Shown: positions 41,701 through 50,396 of the stretch, one piece after another
How positions within the stretch are numbered: the first letter of the stretch is position 1
How the letters are laid out: every line of letters begins with the position of its first letter
DNA from: Candidatus Hydrogenedentota bacterium
GTDB lineage: Bacteria; Hydrogenedentota; Hydrogenedentia; Hydrogenedentales; SLHB01
Length of the DNA: 64,000 bases
Direction: 5' to 3'
Assembly (NCBI GenBank): GCA_963745075.1
Contig: CAVUWV010000024.1
Span: 64,001 to 128,000 of the forward strand
Made by a program: the position numbers and the translations under genes
Notes under the pieces: model-generated
Seen by the model: only the letters and a program-made list of their open reading frames with translations
Database searches by the model: none
What the model was told of the DNA's origin: nothing

Positions 41701-41801
41701 GTCTCCCAGTGCTCGCCTGGAAAGTGATTGGCGCGCGCAGCGACGTTAACGGCAGCGACTACGAGTAGCGACAACAGCAGACGAGGCACTTCGTCAGTCA
41801 T
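38729..41801 (-). CDS. Secreted fusion: beta-lactamase-like serine hydrolase + DUF1080-like lectin module + PL11 (rhamnogalacturonan lyase)-like beta-propeller; +1 frameshift at ~38863
   Basis: Signal peptide; SSAK (SxxK) and YND; W.DY.V.V..., RGGIGL; repeated D.NGDG..D/E Ca-binding motifs and HDHADG. True C-terminus WDP-HEIWVYTQDD...NYSNYQATVSLP lies in the 38729 frame. Confidence 0.75.
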
Positions 41802-41867
41802 TTCCTGGATTCCTTTCTCAACGGGGATCGTTACAAACCGGTGCGCGAATCGATCGTAGTGGACGGC

Positions 41868-43394
41868 CTATCGTCGCTGCGTCTTCGTAAAGTCCATGTA
41901 ACGCGTCGAACCGACTTGGGATTCGTGGAGCGTGACCGAGTAGTCGCCATTCTTGGTATGGGCTTCGTAGGTTCGTGTTTCCACCGTCGGTGAGGGTGGG
42001 GCGTTGTCTGATTGCAACAGTTCGGTCAATACCCGGCCGTCCACACCGTCCGGCACCGGAACGCCGGCCAGCGCACAGATGGTTGGCATCATGTCAATGT
42101 TCCCCGTCGGCGTGTCGCTGACCTTACCTTGCTTGAATGCGGGCCCTGCAACGATCAGCGTGTTATGGATGTCAAAAGGACTGGAGGTCCCGTGGCCGGC
42201 CACGCCGGGCAAGTCGGTCGTTCCCTTCCATCCGTGCTCGTTTGCTGCGTCCGACCAGTTTGCGTCCACCAGAATGTCTGGCGCGCGATCGTGGTCGAAG
42301 TGGGCCAGTCCCAACGACAGTGTCCCGGGCACGCTGCCCTGGTCGCTGCTCGGTTCCTTTCCCCGCGTGAAAATGGCGCCCACCCAATCCGCGTGCTGCA
42401 AGACTTCGACAATGTTCTCGATGCGGCCCGCGTCGTGGTTTTCCACGTAGATACACCCGTCAACGACAATCACGTCCGTGGAACTCGCGCTGGCTTTCAA
42501 ACCCTTCTCCACCAGGAACGGCGCCAAACGAGTCTTGCCGGTATGCGTCGAGAATCCGTGATCGGACGTCACAATGATGTTGGTCTTGTCGAGAAGCTCC
42601 TCGTGCTCGAGCGCGCCCAGGATTCGCCCGATCTCCGAATCGACTGCCTTCAGCGCCTCGAGCGTCACCGGATCCCCGATCCCTTTGGCGTGCGCGGTAT
42701 GGTCCGGATCGGATAACCACATGGTTGTAACGTCCGGGTGAATCTTCTCCAGGCCAAGTTTCAGATACGCGTCGACGATCCAATGGTTCTGCTCCGCATT
42801 CGGGTATGCTTCCTCAGGCACGGGACCGAGGACCTCATCGATGTGCGCGTGCCGTGATTCAGGAAGCGTCAACTCCACGTTGATGATCCCCGCGCCTTTC
42901 GCGAGATTGTTCAACAGATACGCCGAGCCCGGCGAGCCGGAACTGACGGCGAGGAGCGTCTTGCCATTTTCTTCCAGGACTTCGCCCAGGGTCGGGCGCG
43001 TCACGAGCCGCTCATCGATGCCGTCGGCGATGCGCATGAGTTTGGTGGCGCTTCCGGTGCTCAAACCGCCGCTCGGTTCGACGCTGGGAAAATACACGGT
43101 ATTCCCCATGAGCCCGTGCTTGGCAGGGTAACAGCCCGTTGCGAGCGAGGTCGCATTCACCCGTGTGAGCGTGGGGAAGACGGAATGGTTGTTGGTGCAA
43201 ACGACGCCCCGTTGGCCCAGCGCGTACACGTTGGGCATGATTTCCGGCGTCACGTAGTCGGGCCGGCAGCCATCCAGCACGATTGTCAGCACGCGGTTTG
43301 CGCCGGGTGTTTGTGCGTTTGCCGGAGCGAATGCAAAATTCGAAACAGCGAGGAGTATTGCCGTAAGTACCGTGCGGCTCAGGAATCCATGCAT
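41868..43394 (-). CDS. Secreted alkaline phosphatase superfamily (nucleotide pyrophosphatase/phosphodiesterase-like) protein
   Basis: Signal peptide; VLDGCR, FPTLTRVN, PDHTAH, TSDHGF and GHG. Confidence 0.88.
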   Translation of the reverse strand: MHGFLSRTVLTAILLAVSNFAFAPANAQTPGANRVLTIVLDGCRPDYVTPEIMPNVYALGQRGVVCTNNHSVFPTLTRVNATSLATGCYPAKHGLMGNTVYFPSVEPSGGLSTGSATKLMRIADGIDERLVTRPTLGEVLEENGKTLLAVSSGSPGSAYLLNNLAKGAGIINVELTLPESRHAHIDEVLGPVPEEAYPNAEQNHWIVDAYLKLGLEKIHPDVTTMWLSDPDHTAHAKGIGDPVTLEALKAVDSEIGRILGALEHEELLDKTNIIVTSDHGFSTHTGKTRLAPFLVEKGLKASASSTDVIVVDGCIYVENHDAGRIENIVEVLQHADWVGAIFTRGKEPSSDQGSVPGTLSLGLAHFDHDRAPDILVDANWSDAANEHGWKGTTDLPGVAGHGTSSPFDIHNTLIVAGPAFKQGKVSDTPTGNIDMMPTICALAGVPVPDGVDGRVLTELLQSDNAPPSPTVETRTYEAHTKNGDYSVTLHESQVGSTRYMDFTKTQRR

Positions 43395-43434
43395 GGTCGC
43401 CTATCTCCCAGACCCCTGCGCCGCGCGAACGACC

Positions 43435-43872
43435 CTACACGCGCAGGTGGTCGGCTTGCCAATCCTTAACCAGCTTCTTGATGTCGTCCGATTTGGTGAG
43501 CTTTTCGTCAAGCGCTTTGCGTACAAGGTCCGGCAGTTCCGCGTCGGAGGCAAATCGCAATCCAATCAACTGCGGAAGGGTCAGCGTTGGGATCTTCCCC
43601 GCCAACTCGGCCGGCAGCACGCGTTCGAGCCGAAGTCGCATCTCCAGTCGAATGACCCGATCCTGCACGCGGACCGAGTACATACGCATGCGAAACATAA
43701 TGCCGAGGACGGCGAATACGATCAACAATGTGGCCAAGAGCGAAAAGATGGGACCAAAGGAAACAGAAACGATCGACAAAAGGGCCGCCACGAGAAGCAT
43801 CACGGTAATCACATAGAGGCTCTTATCAACGGACTTGTGGTTTACGTAGTTCTGTGTGGTCTGCTCGGCCAT
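43435..43872 (-). CDS. Small two-TM membrane protein (DUF6526-like)
   Basis: QNYVNH..., two TM helices, VQDRVIRLEMRLRL, QLIGLRFASDAEL and W.AD.LRV. Confidence 0.75.
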   Translation of the reverse strand: MAEQTTQNYVNHKSVDKSLYVITVMLLVAALLSIVSVSFGPIFSLLATLLIVFAVLGIMFRMRMYSVRVQDRVIRLEMRLRLERVLPAELAGKIPTLTLPQLIGLRFASDAELPDLVRKALDEKLTKSDDIKKLVKDWQADHLRV

Positions 43873-43898
43873 GGTTCTCCGTTCCTTCTCGGTTTTGA

Positions 43899-45023
43899 TT
43901 ACCCTGCGTCAAGCGGCTGCACCGGCTCCTCGAAATAGTGATGAAAGCGACGGGGAAGACGATGATAGTGGTCGTCGGCCATCGCGCTCCACGGATCGCG
44001 CGAGTTGTACGTATCCCAGAACAAGACGGACTTCCCGTCCAAGTCGCCGCGGCGCGCATCGTGAACCAACGCGGCCAACGCCTTCCCAGAGTAAGTTCCA
44101 TCCAAGCGAATATCTTCAGTATCCCGCAACAGCCGGATGGCCGCCATTCCTTCCTCAGTGTACAAGGCATACTGCGTCCCAAAGAAATCCTCCCGCAGGC
44201 TGTATTCCGCGAACGACCGTTCGCATGTCGGAAAAGCCGGATCGGAGGACCGCAGAAATCGCACGGTTTCCATGGCCAGATTCCGCATTCGCTCCGGATT
44301 CGCCAGTTCCGGGTCGATCACCCGAACCGGAATCACACGCGTGTCCAACCCCGCTGCTTCCAGGCCGATCGTAAGCCCTACGGCGGTCCCCATGCTGCCG
44401 ACGGCAACATAGATCGCATCCGGCTTCTCCATAGCGGCCTCGGCAATTTGATCGCGCAATTCGAACGCCGCGTTTACGATACCGGCGACACCCAGTGGCG
44501 AGGAACCGCCCGGCGGTATAAGCATCGGCTTACGTCCGGCGCGCAGCCAGTGGCGCACGACTTGATGGATCGTCCCCGCCGTCAGCAGTCTTCGGTTCGC
44601 GTATTCGTGCAATTCCGCACCGCAATGATGCCCCAGCAGCAAATTCCTCCGCAACGACCGCGAATTGGGTTGCGGGAGAAACATCGAGATGCTGCGGAGA
44701 CCGACTTCGCGCGCGTAAATTGCCGTCGCCAAGGCGTGGTTCGAGCCCGTAAACCCGAACGTCAGGACTTCCTTTACACCGTCTCGAAGCGCCTTGCCGA
44801 GCAGGAACTCCAGTTTGCGCACCTTGTTGCCGCCATACGTGCGACCGCTTAGATCGTCCCGCTTGATGTCGAAGCGATCCAATCCAAGCATATTGCCGAG
44901 ATTATGACATTGGGAAATGGGGGTTGGAAACTCGCCCAGCGGGACGTGGGGAAGGTGATTCTCCAACTCGGGATATTCTCGAAACAGAGGCAGGCGTGAA
45001 CGACTGTCGACGCGCGTGGCCAT
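43899..45023 (-). CDS. PLP-dependent D-cysteine desulfhydrase/ACC deaminase family protein (desulfhydrase-like residues)
   Basis: PTP, KRDD, YGGNKVRKLEFL, SNH, PPGGS and GSMGT; LDGTYSGK has Ser where ACC deaminases have Glu. Confidence 0.88.
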   Translation of the reverse strand: MATRVDSRSRLPLFREYPELENHLPHVPLGEFPTPISQCHNLGNMLGLDRFDIKRDDLSGRTYGGNKVRKLEFLLGKALRDGVKEVLTFGFTGSNHALATAIYAREVGLRSISMFLPQPNSRSLRRNLLLGHHCGAELHEYANRRLLTAGTIHQVVRHWLRAGRKPMLIPPGGSSPLGVAGIVNAAFELRDQIAEAAMEKPDAIYVAVGSMGTAVGLTIGLEAAGLDTRVIPVRVIDPELANPERMRNLAMETVRFLRSSDPAFPTCERSFAEYSLREDFFGTQYALYTEEGMAAIRLLRDTEDIRLDGTYSGKALAALVHDARRGDLDGKSVLFWDTYNSRDPWSAMADDHYHRLPRRFHHYFEEPVQPLDAG

Positions 45024-45040
45024 ACCGCCGCAACGACGGA

Positions 45041-45688
45041 CTATCCGTTGTCCTGGAAGAAGGACCGCACCCGGGACCAAACATACCAGGAAATGGCCCG
45101 CGCATCTTTCGGATCGACTTCGGAGAAACGCACGCCAATCCGGTGAATCCCCGTTCCGGGTTCCTTCTCCTCCGAGTGCACGATCTCGCCACACACCCGC
45201 AACTCGGGATCTTCCGTCATCTCTAAACTTACCCGCGACCGCCCGTTCTGCCCAATCGGTCCCGTCGTTTCAATATAGGCGCCGTTGGTGCTGAGATTGA
45301 GAAGTCTGCCGATTACGGGGGTCGGAAGCCCGTTCGCCTGGACAGTCAACGCGATATCGGTAGGCACGCGCAGCCTCGTTCGCAACTCTTCCCGGTTCAG
45401 ATTCGCCGCGCGCAACAGGACGATTTCGTGCAACGACTCCGGCGACGCAGTAAGGACGCGCGCATAGTAGCCGGCCACGCCTTTTGATTCCGCTTTGTCA
45501 AACTCCAAAACGACGCCGGCGCCGTCGCGAGGCACTTCCGGCACGACACAGTGGCATCGCACCACCCGCTCCCGGACATCCAGGATCTCGGCCGGATAAC
45601 GGTCTTTACCCACACGAACGTAGCCCTGGCTACCCTTACGGATATGTCCGGACAAGGATTGGGACATGGTTTGCTCGATTTCGATCAT
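45041..45688 (-). CDS. PilZ domain protein (c-di-GMP receptor candidate)
   Basis: RTRLR (RxxxR) followed by NLSTNG ([D/N]xSxxG), and GVRF; start 45688 or 45667. Confidence 0.8.
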   Translation of the reverse strand: MIEIEQTMSQSLSGHIRKGSQGYVRVGKDRYPAEILDVRERVVRCHCVVPEVPRDGAGVVLEFDKAESKGVAGYYARVLTASPESLHEIVLLRAANLNREELRTRLRVPTDIALTVQANGLPTPVIGRLLNLSTNGAYIETTGPIGQNGRSRVSLEMTEDPELRVCGEIVHSEEKEPGTGIHRIGVRFSEVDPKDARAISWYVWSRVRSFFQDNG

Positions 45689-46171
45689 TCCGAATGTTTC
45701 ACACTCTCCGCATAGCCTACCACGACTTGCCGTCAAAACTCCAGTAAATGTCGAAAGTCCTTTTGCCCTCGCTCCGGAGGCCGGTTTACTGTCATTTCTC
45801 CAACTTCTCCAACTCCCGGTTTGTGCTCGGACAAGTCCGTGTCCAGAAACGCACGGTTTTCCGGCAACAACATTTCTAGGCCTGTGACACGATCGATCTG
45901 CACCACAAGTTCGCTGCTCGTGAACGACAAGACGTGACCCCCTTGTGTGCGCAACCCGAAATCGCAATCGGGGTTGCCAGTAGTACACAGAGGATCTCCG
46001 CTCTTGTCATGTAAAGTCTTTCCTGCGTTGGGTTTGACTGCCTACCGTCGTCGTGAGTGTAACCAACCCTTGCGCAGCGACGCAACGGAGGCCGCTTGTC
46101 CTATCCTGCCGCGCGGCGTTATCATGTATACGGGTCCGCGCGAGGTTCGTCCTTGCGAAGAAGGATTTGAA

Positions 46172-46909
46172 GTGGTGACAGCAGTCCAGCGCGTCGGATA
46201 CGTCGTATCCGATTTACATATGTTTTCCAAGCGGTCGACGTGGGCCGATCATCTCGATGACATGTACCAGGCCGCTGCCGATGCGGATGTGTTCATTCTC
46301 GCCGGAGATACCTTCGATTTCCGCTGGACGACCCTGGGTTCCATCGACGCGACCGTCGATGCGGCCATTGCCTGGCTCCGGGATTTCGTCGATAAATTTC
46401 CTACCTGCCACTTCCACTTCATTCTCGGAAACCACGATAACCTGCAAGTCTTTATCGAGGCCCTCTCCGAACTCGCCGCCGTCACGGAAAACCTCTCCTG
46501 GCACCCGTATTACCTCAAGATTGGGGACAGCGTCTTCATTCATGGTGATGTCTCGGACCGTAAGATGGACGCGGACGACCTGGAACAGGCGCGCGACGAA
46601 TGGCGCTATGACGAAAAGACTCGCCATCCCATTCTGCACCACCTCTACGACTGGGCCTTGAACGTCAATCTCCATCGTGGGGCCCAGGCCGTTCGGTATC
46701 CGAAGAAACTTGTCGCCCGCCGCGTGATTGCCTATCTGGAAGACGTCGGGTTAGGCACGCTGAACGGCACGCGACACGTCTACTTCGGCCACACCCACGA
46801 AGCCATGTCGAATTACCGCTACCGCGGCCTCGTGTTTCACAACGCCGGCTCCCCCATGAAAGGCCTCGAGTTCAACATCCTCCGCGTCGAACTTGATGAA
46901 GACGTTTAG
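46172..46909 (+). CDS. Calcineurin-like metallophosphoesterase (LpxH-like fold)
   Basis: SDLH, AGDTFD, GNHD, HGD, FGHTH and NAGS; GTG start inferred after AAGGA. Confidence 0.8.
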   Translation: MVTAVQRVGYVVSDLHMFSKRSTWADHLDDMYQAAADADVFILAGDTFDFRWTTLGSIDATVDAAIAWLRDFVDKFPTCHFHFILGNHDNLQVFIEALSELAAVTENLSWHPYYLKIGDSVFIHGDVSDRKMDADDLEQARDEWRYDEKTRHPILHHLYDWALNVNLHRGAQAVRYPKKLVARRVIAYLEDVGLGTLNGTRHVYFGHTHEAMSNYRYRGLVFHNAGSPMKGLEFNILRVELDEDV

Positions 46910-46934
46910 AATCTCTGCAGACCGATGATAGGAC

Positions 46935-46964
46935 GTCCGTGTCGGTCCGTGCGCGCCCGTGCAA
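46935..46964 (+). repeat. 10-bp-period degenerate repeat (CCGTG core), 3 units, between convergent genes
   Basis: GTCCGTGTCG GTCCGTGCGC GCCCGTGCAA. Confidence 0.45.
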
Positions 46965-46967
46965 GTC

Positions 46968-47789
46968 TTACTTCGTCCTGCCGCGACTATTCCCCTTCGT
47001 TCGCCCTCTTGGTTTCGCTTTGGGTTTCGCGCGCGCCCACCCCTTCGGCTTTTCCTTCCGCTTGGGTTTGGGAACGGGCTGGCTCGTCTTCGGCGGTTTT
47101 CGATCGCCCTTTTTCATGATGAAGAGGTAATTGAACCCGCGCAAGAAGTAGTTGCCTTGGACGGCCTCGGTATGCCAATGCCGCCGCTTCATCGTCCGGT
47201 TGTGGCGGACCACACAGACGACGTCCACCGGCTCAAAGTACTGCTCCAACATGGCAAACAGCCGGAACCCGATCGGTTGGAAGGGCTGCTTCTTCTTCCA
47301 CGAGTCGCTCACGTAAAGCCCCACGTACCGGCGGGGGCGCAGCACCCGATGCATTTCCCGAATCACCGCGCGCATGGCTTCGTAGTACTCGCCCGTCGCC
47401 GCGTCCAACTTGCCGATGCAGGCCGGATCGTCGGAATACTCGAGATGGGTGGAGTAGGGGGGATCGACGAAGACGAAATCCGCTTTCTCCGTCTCCAGCG
47501 GCAACTTTCGCGCGTCCGCGCGGAAGATGTCCTCGCGAACCGGCGCGATATCGTACCCCAACGCACGCCGGTTCAGATCGCGCGCCACGTCGAGTGTCGT
47601 CCCGCTGCCGCACATCGGATCGACCACGAGGTCCTTCTCCCGCGTATACCGCTGTAAGAGATTCCAGATCACAAACGAGGGCGTGGCCCCCACATAGGCC
47701 TGGTCCCCCTGCATCGTGTCGCCGTAATGCTGCGACGGATACTCCCACAACGTCGTGGTTTGAATTGTCAGCGAAGGTTTCTTGTGCAT
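46968..47789 (-). CDS. Solitary SAM-dependent amino-methyltransferase (N4C/N6A DNA or RNA) with Lys/Arg-rich tail
   Basis: DPMCGSGTT (motif I) precedes FVDPPY (motif IV); basic tail PKPKRKEKPKGWARAKPKAKPRGRTK. Confidence 0.82.
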   Translation of the reverse strand: MHKKPSLTIQTTTLWEYPSQHYGDTMQGDQAYVGATPSFVIWNLLQRYTREKDLVVDPMCGSGTTLDVARDLNRRALGYDIAPVREDIFRADARKLPLETEKADFVFVDPPYSTHLEYSDDPACIGKLDAATGEYYEAMRAVIREMHRVLRPRRYVGLYVSDSWKKKQPFQPIGFRLFAMLEQYFEPVDVVCVVRHNRTMKRRHWHTEAVQGNYFLRGFNYLFIMKKGDRKPPKTSQPVPKPKRKEKPKGWARAKPKAKPRGRTKGNSRGRTK

Positions 47790-47844
47790 CGGGGGATCAT
47801 AGCACCTGCGCATGGTCCACTACGACGAAAAATATCTGGCTCAT

Positions 47845-47866
47845 GTAGCGCAGATGTCCCGCCTGC
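47845..47866 (+). repeat. REP family A degenerate copy
   Basis: GTAGCGCAGATGTCCCGCCTGC, 20/22 identical to the 32683 copy, 4 nt beyond the stop of the minus-strand gene ending at 47870. Confidence 0.7.
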
Positions 47867-47869
47867 AAC

Positions 47870-48931
47870 CTATAGTTTCAGCCTGACCTCTTTCCCTTTC
47901 TTCGCGCTCTCATAAATCGCATCCAGAATGCCAATCACCTGCAACGACTGCTCCGCCGGCACCGGCGACGGCTTTCCCTTCGCCACGGCTTCCGCAAACG
48001 CCATACACTCCAACATGTGCGCTTCACCCGTTCCCGCGCTGCGCAGCGTGATGTCCATGTGCTGACGCGTCTTGTTGCTCGTCACCTGGATCGTGTTGTT
48101 CGGCCAGTGGGCGCCGCCCTTGTCGCCGTACAACCACATCTGCATGTCCTCATCCGTGGGATCGAAGGGATGATTCAAAAGCCAGCTGACCTCCAGCACC
48201 AGCGACGCGCCGTTCGCGAACCGCACAAACGCCGCCGCGCACTCTTCCACGTTCCAGGTCTTGGGAATCCGGTCGCCCCAATCGCTGTATGCCCCCGGCA
48301 ATTTGCGCAACCGGTCATGCGTCGTTCCCGATACCGTGACCGGTTTCGGATTACCCATCATCCACAACGTCAGGTCGAGGATATGCGTGCCGATATCGAT
48401 GCACGGTCCGCCGCCCGCGTGTCGTTTCTCCACCAGCCCCGGCCGCGTCGGCGCACCCGACCGCCGCAACATCCAGCTTCGCGCGTGATACACGTTGCCG
48501 AGAATGCCCTGGTCGATCTCCGCCTTCAACGCCCGCGACGCGCCTTCAAACCGGAAATGCTGCGCCGTCATAAGCAGCTTCTTCGCCTTGTCCCGCGCCG
48601 CGATCATTTTGCGGATGTCGCCCGGCCTAGGCGCCAGCGGCTTCTCACAGATCACATGTTTGCCCGCGTTCAATGCCGCAATCGACAGCGGCGCGTGGTA
48701 CATGTTCGGCGTGCAGATATCGATGATGTCGATATCCTTGTCGCGAAAAAGATCCGCCGGCTTCGTATACAACCGGGTGACCCCTTCGCGCTGCCCGACC
48801 TCCTTCAAAATCTTCGGCGAAACGTCCGCCAACGCCACCAACTCCGTGTACGGGCTCTCCTTCCACCCCGGAAAATGCCGGCACGCAATCCCGCCGACCC
48901 CAATCAATCCAACTCTCAACGTCTTGGCCAT
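47870..48931 (-). CDS. Gfo/Idh/MocA family oxidoreductase (cytoplasmic)
   Basis: IGVGGIA, CTPNMYH, HVICEKP and GGGPCIDIGTHILD. Confidence 0.92.
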   Translation of the reverse strand: MAKTLRVGLIGVGGIACRHFPGWKESPYTELVALADVSPKILKEVGQREGVTRLYTKPADLFRDKDIDIIDICTPNMYHAPLSIAALNAGKHVICEKPLAPRPGDIRKMIAARDKAKKLLMTAQHFRFEGASRALKAEIDQGILGNVYHARSWMLRRSGAPTRPGLVEKRHAGGGPCIDIGTHILDLTLWMMGNPKPVTVSGTTHDRLRKLPGAYSDWGDRIPKTWNVEECAAAFVRFANGASLVLEVSWLLNHPFDPTDEDMQMWLYGDKGGAHWPNNTIQVTSNKTRQHMDITLRSAGTGEAHMLECMAFAEAVAKGKPSPVPAEQSLQVIGILDAIYESAKKGKEVRLKL

Positions 48932-49024
48932 ACCACACCACGTCCTTTCTAGCTTGAAAATGGATTCCCCAATCGCAGAGACGCGATCATCGTGGAGAAT
49001 CGCGGGGATTTCAAGCAGGAATTG

Positions 49025-49053
49025 TTGACGCCCCTTTGCAACCCTACTATAGT
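49025..49053 (+). promoter_or_regulatory. Near-consensus sigma70 promoter
   Basis: TTGACG-17 nt-TATAGT, 55 nt upstream of ATG 49109. Confidence 0.75.
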
Positions 49054-49108
49054 GAGAACAGGATGGCCTTGCTCTTAATCACGGGCGAGTTGTGGGAAAG
49101 GAGTGCAC

Positions 49109-49462
49109 ATGGCGGAAATCGATCAAAGTCAGGCCCGGACCTGGGCGATGTTGGCACACCTATCGACGCTCTGCGCTTTTGTCGGTGTACCGTTCGGACA
49201 TATTCTAGGACCACTCATTGTCTGGCTGGTCAAGAAGGACGAGTTTCCCTTCGTCGATGACCAGGGCAAGGAGGCGTTGAATTTCCAGATTTCCTTGACC
49301 ATCTATGGGATAGTCTCCGGCATCCTCTGTATCGTGCTAATCGGTTTTGTGTTTCTTCTTGTTCTGTTCATCATGGATCTGGTCTTGACGATCATGGCCG
49401 CCGTCGCCGCGAACCGTGGCGAGTACTACCGGTATCCCCTGACCATACGGTTTATCTCCTGA
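49109..49462 (+). CDS. DUF4870 family membrane protein
   Basis: WAMLAHLS, GPLIVWL.KKD..PFVD.QGKEALNFQIS and G.YYRYPLTIRF; AAGGAG RBS. Confidence 0.9.
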   Translation: MAEIDQSQARTWAMLAHLSTLCAFVGVPFGHILGPLIVWLVKKDEFPFVDDQGKEALNFQISLTIYGIVSGILCIVLIGFVFLLVLFIMDLVLTIMAAVAANRGEYYRYPLTIRFIS

Positions 49463-49463
49463 G

Positions 49464-50234
49464 ATGCTCCTGAAACTCATAGCTTGCGAAGTTTTCACCC
49501 GCGAAATCTGTCACTGCGTCGCGACGAGCCCCCACGTGATCGATCTCGAATTCACGCCCAAAGGCGCTCACAACGAACCAGCCTACTTACGCAACCTGCT
49601 CCAGAAAAGCATCGACGCCGCCAACGCGTCCGAAAAGGACTACGACGCCATCGTCCTGGGTCTTGGATTGTGTGGCAACGCGACCGTCGGGCTCGTGAGT
49701 CACGGGGCCCCGCTGGTCATTCCCCGCGCCCACGACTGCTGCACGCTCTTCCTGGGCTCGAAACAGCGGCAACAGGAGCATTTCGGCGATTCCCCGAGCC
49801 AGGCCTTTAGTTCGGCCGGGTATCTCGAACACGGCGGCGATTTCGTGCGCGAAGCGGAAGGGGTGAAGCAACAGTCCGGGTTTGACGTGCCGTTCGAAGC
49901 TTTCGTCGAGCAGTACGGCGAAGAAAACGCCAAGTATCTCTGGGAAACGCTCCATCCCAACTATCCTCAAGACGGCCACGTGGTGTTCATCGAGGTGCCC
50001 GAGTTCAAGCATTTGGGGTACGCCGAAGAATGCCGGCGCAAAGCCGAAGCGGAGGGCAAGAAGTTCGTCGTCCTTGAAGGCTCCATGGATCTGGTGCGCA
50101 AGATGGTGGACGGCGATTGGAACCACGGCGACTTCCTTGTCCTCCAACCCGGCGAGGCGATTGCTGCCGTCTACGATCACGATGAGGTCATCCGAGCGGC
50201 GAAGCCCGACCCCGGCGAGACTCCCGGAGAATAG
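49464..50234 (+). CDS. DUF1638 family protein (Cys-rich)
   Basis: LIACEV, GAHNEP..L, GLCGN and PRAHDCC.LFLGS. Confidence 0.82.
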   Translation: MLLKLIACEVFTREICHCVATSPHVIDLEFTPKGAHNEPAYLRNLLQKSIDAANASEKDYDAIVLGLGLCGNATVGLVSHGAPLVIPRAHDCCTLFLGSKQRQQEHFGDSPSQAFSSAGYLEHGGDFVREAEGVKQQSGFDVPFEAFVEQYGEENAKYLWETLHPNYPQDGHVVFIEVPEFKHLGYAEECRRKAEAEGKKFVVLEGSMDLVRKMVDGDWNHGDFLVLQPGEAIAAVYDHDEVIRAAKPDPGETPGE

Positions 50235-50299
50235 TCCGTCGGTTTGAAGAATTTTTTGCGCCCGCCTGACACTTTCTTGACAAGTTCACTCGCGATCCA

Positions 50300-50353
50300 G
50301 TCCATACTGTCCATATAGTCCATATAGTCCATATAGTCCATACCGTCCATCGA
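50300..50353 (+). repeat. 9-bp tandem repeat, 6 units (GTCCATATA consensus)
   Basis: GTCCATACT, GTCCATATA x3, GTCCATACC, GTCCATCGA. Confidence 0.9.
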
Positions 50354-50396
50354 ACCCCAAAATACTTCGCATGGACCAATCACAGGAGGTAGGACA

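Noticed and set aside
43899..45023. acdS (ACC deaminase) assignment
   Set aside because: Ser instead of the diagnostic Glu in the D..Y(E)GK motif.
45700..46120. c-di-GMP riboswitch upstream of the PilZ gene (hairpin GCAACCCGA...TCGGGGTTGC near 45951-45977)
   Set aside because: Lacks the GNRA tetraloop, GCAAA junctions and receptor helix of class I; only an isolated hairpin is supported.
46172..46909. lpxH assignment
   Set aside because: Has GNHD rather than the GNRD typical of LpxH, and no lipid A genes are nearby.
46968..47789. Restriction-modification or other defence island around the methyltransferase
   Set aside because: Neighbours are a phosphoesterase and a sugar dehydrogenase; no nuclease, helicase or specificity subunit is present.
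50300..50353. CRISPR-like array (also 34063-34143)
   Set aside because: Units are 9 bp and contiguous, with no unique spacers and no cas genes.
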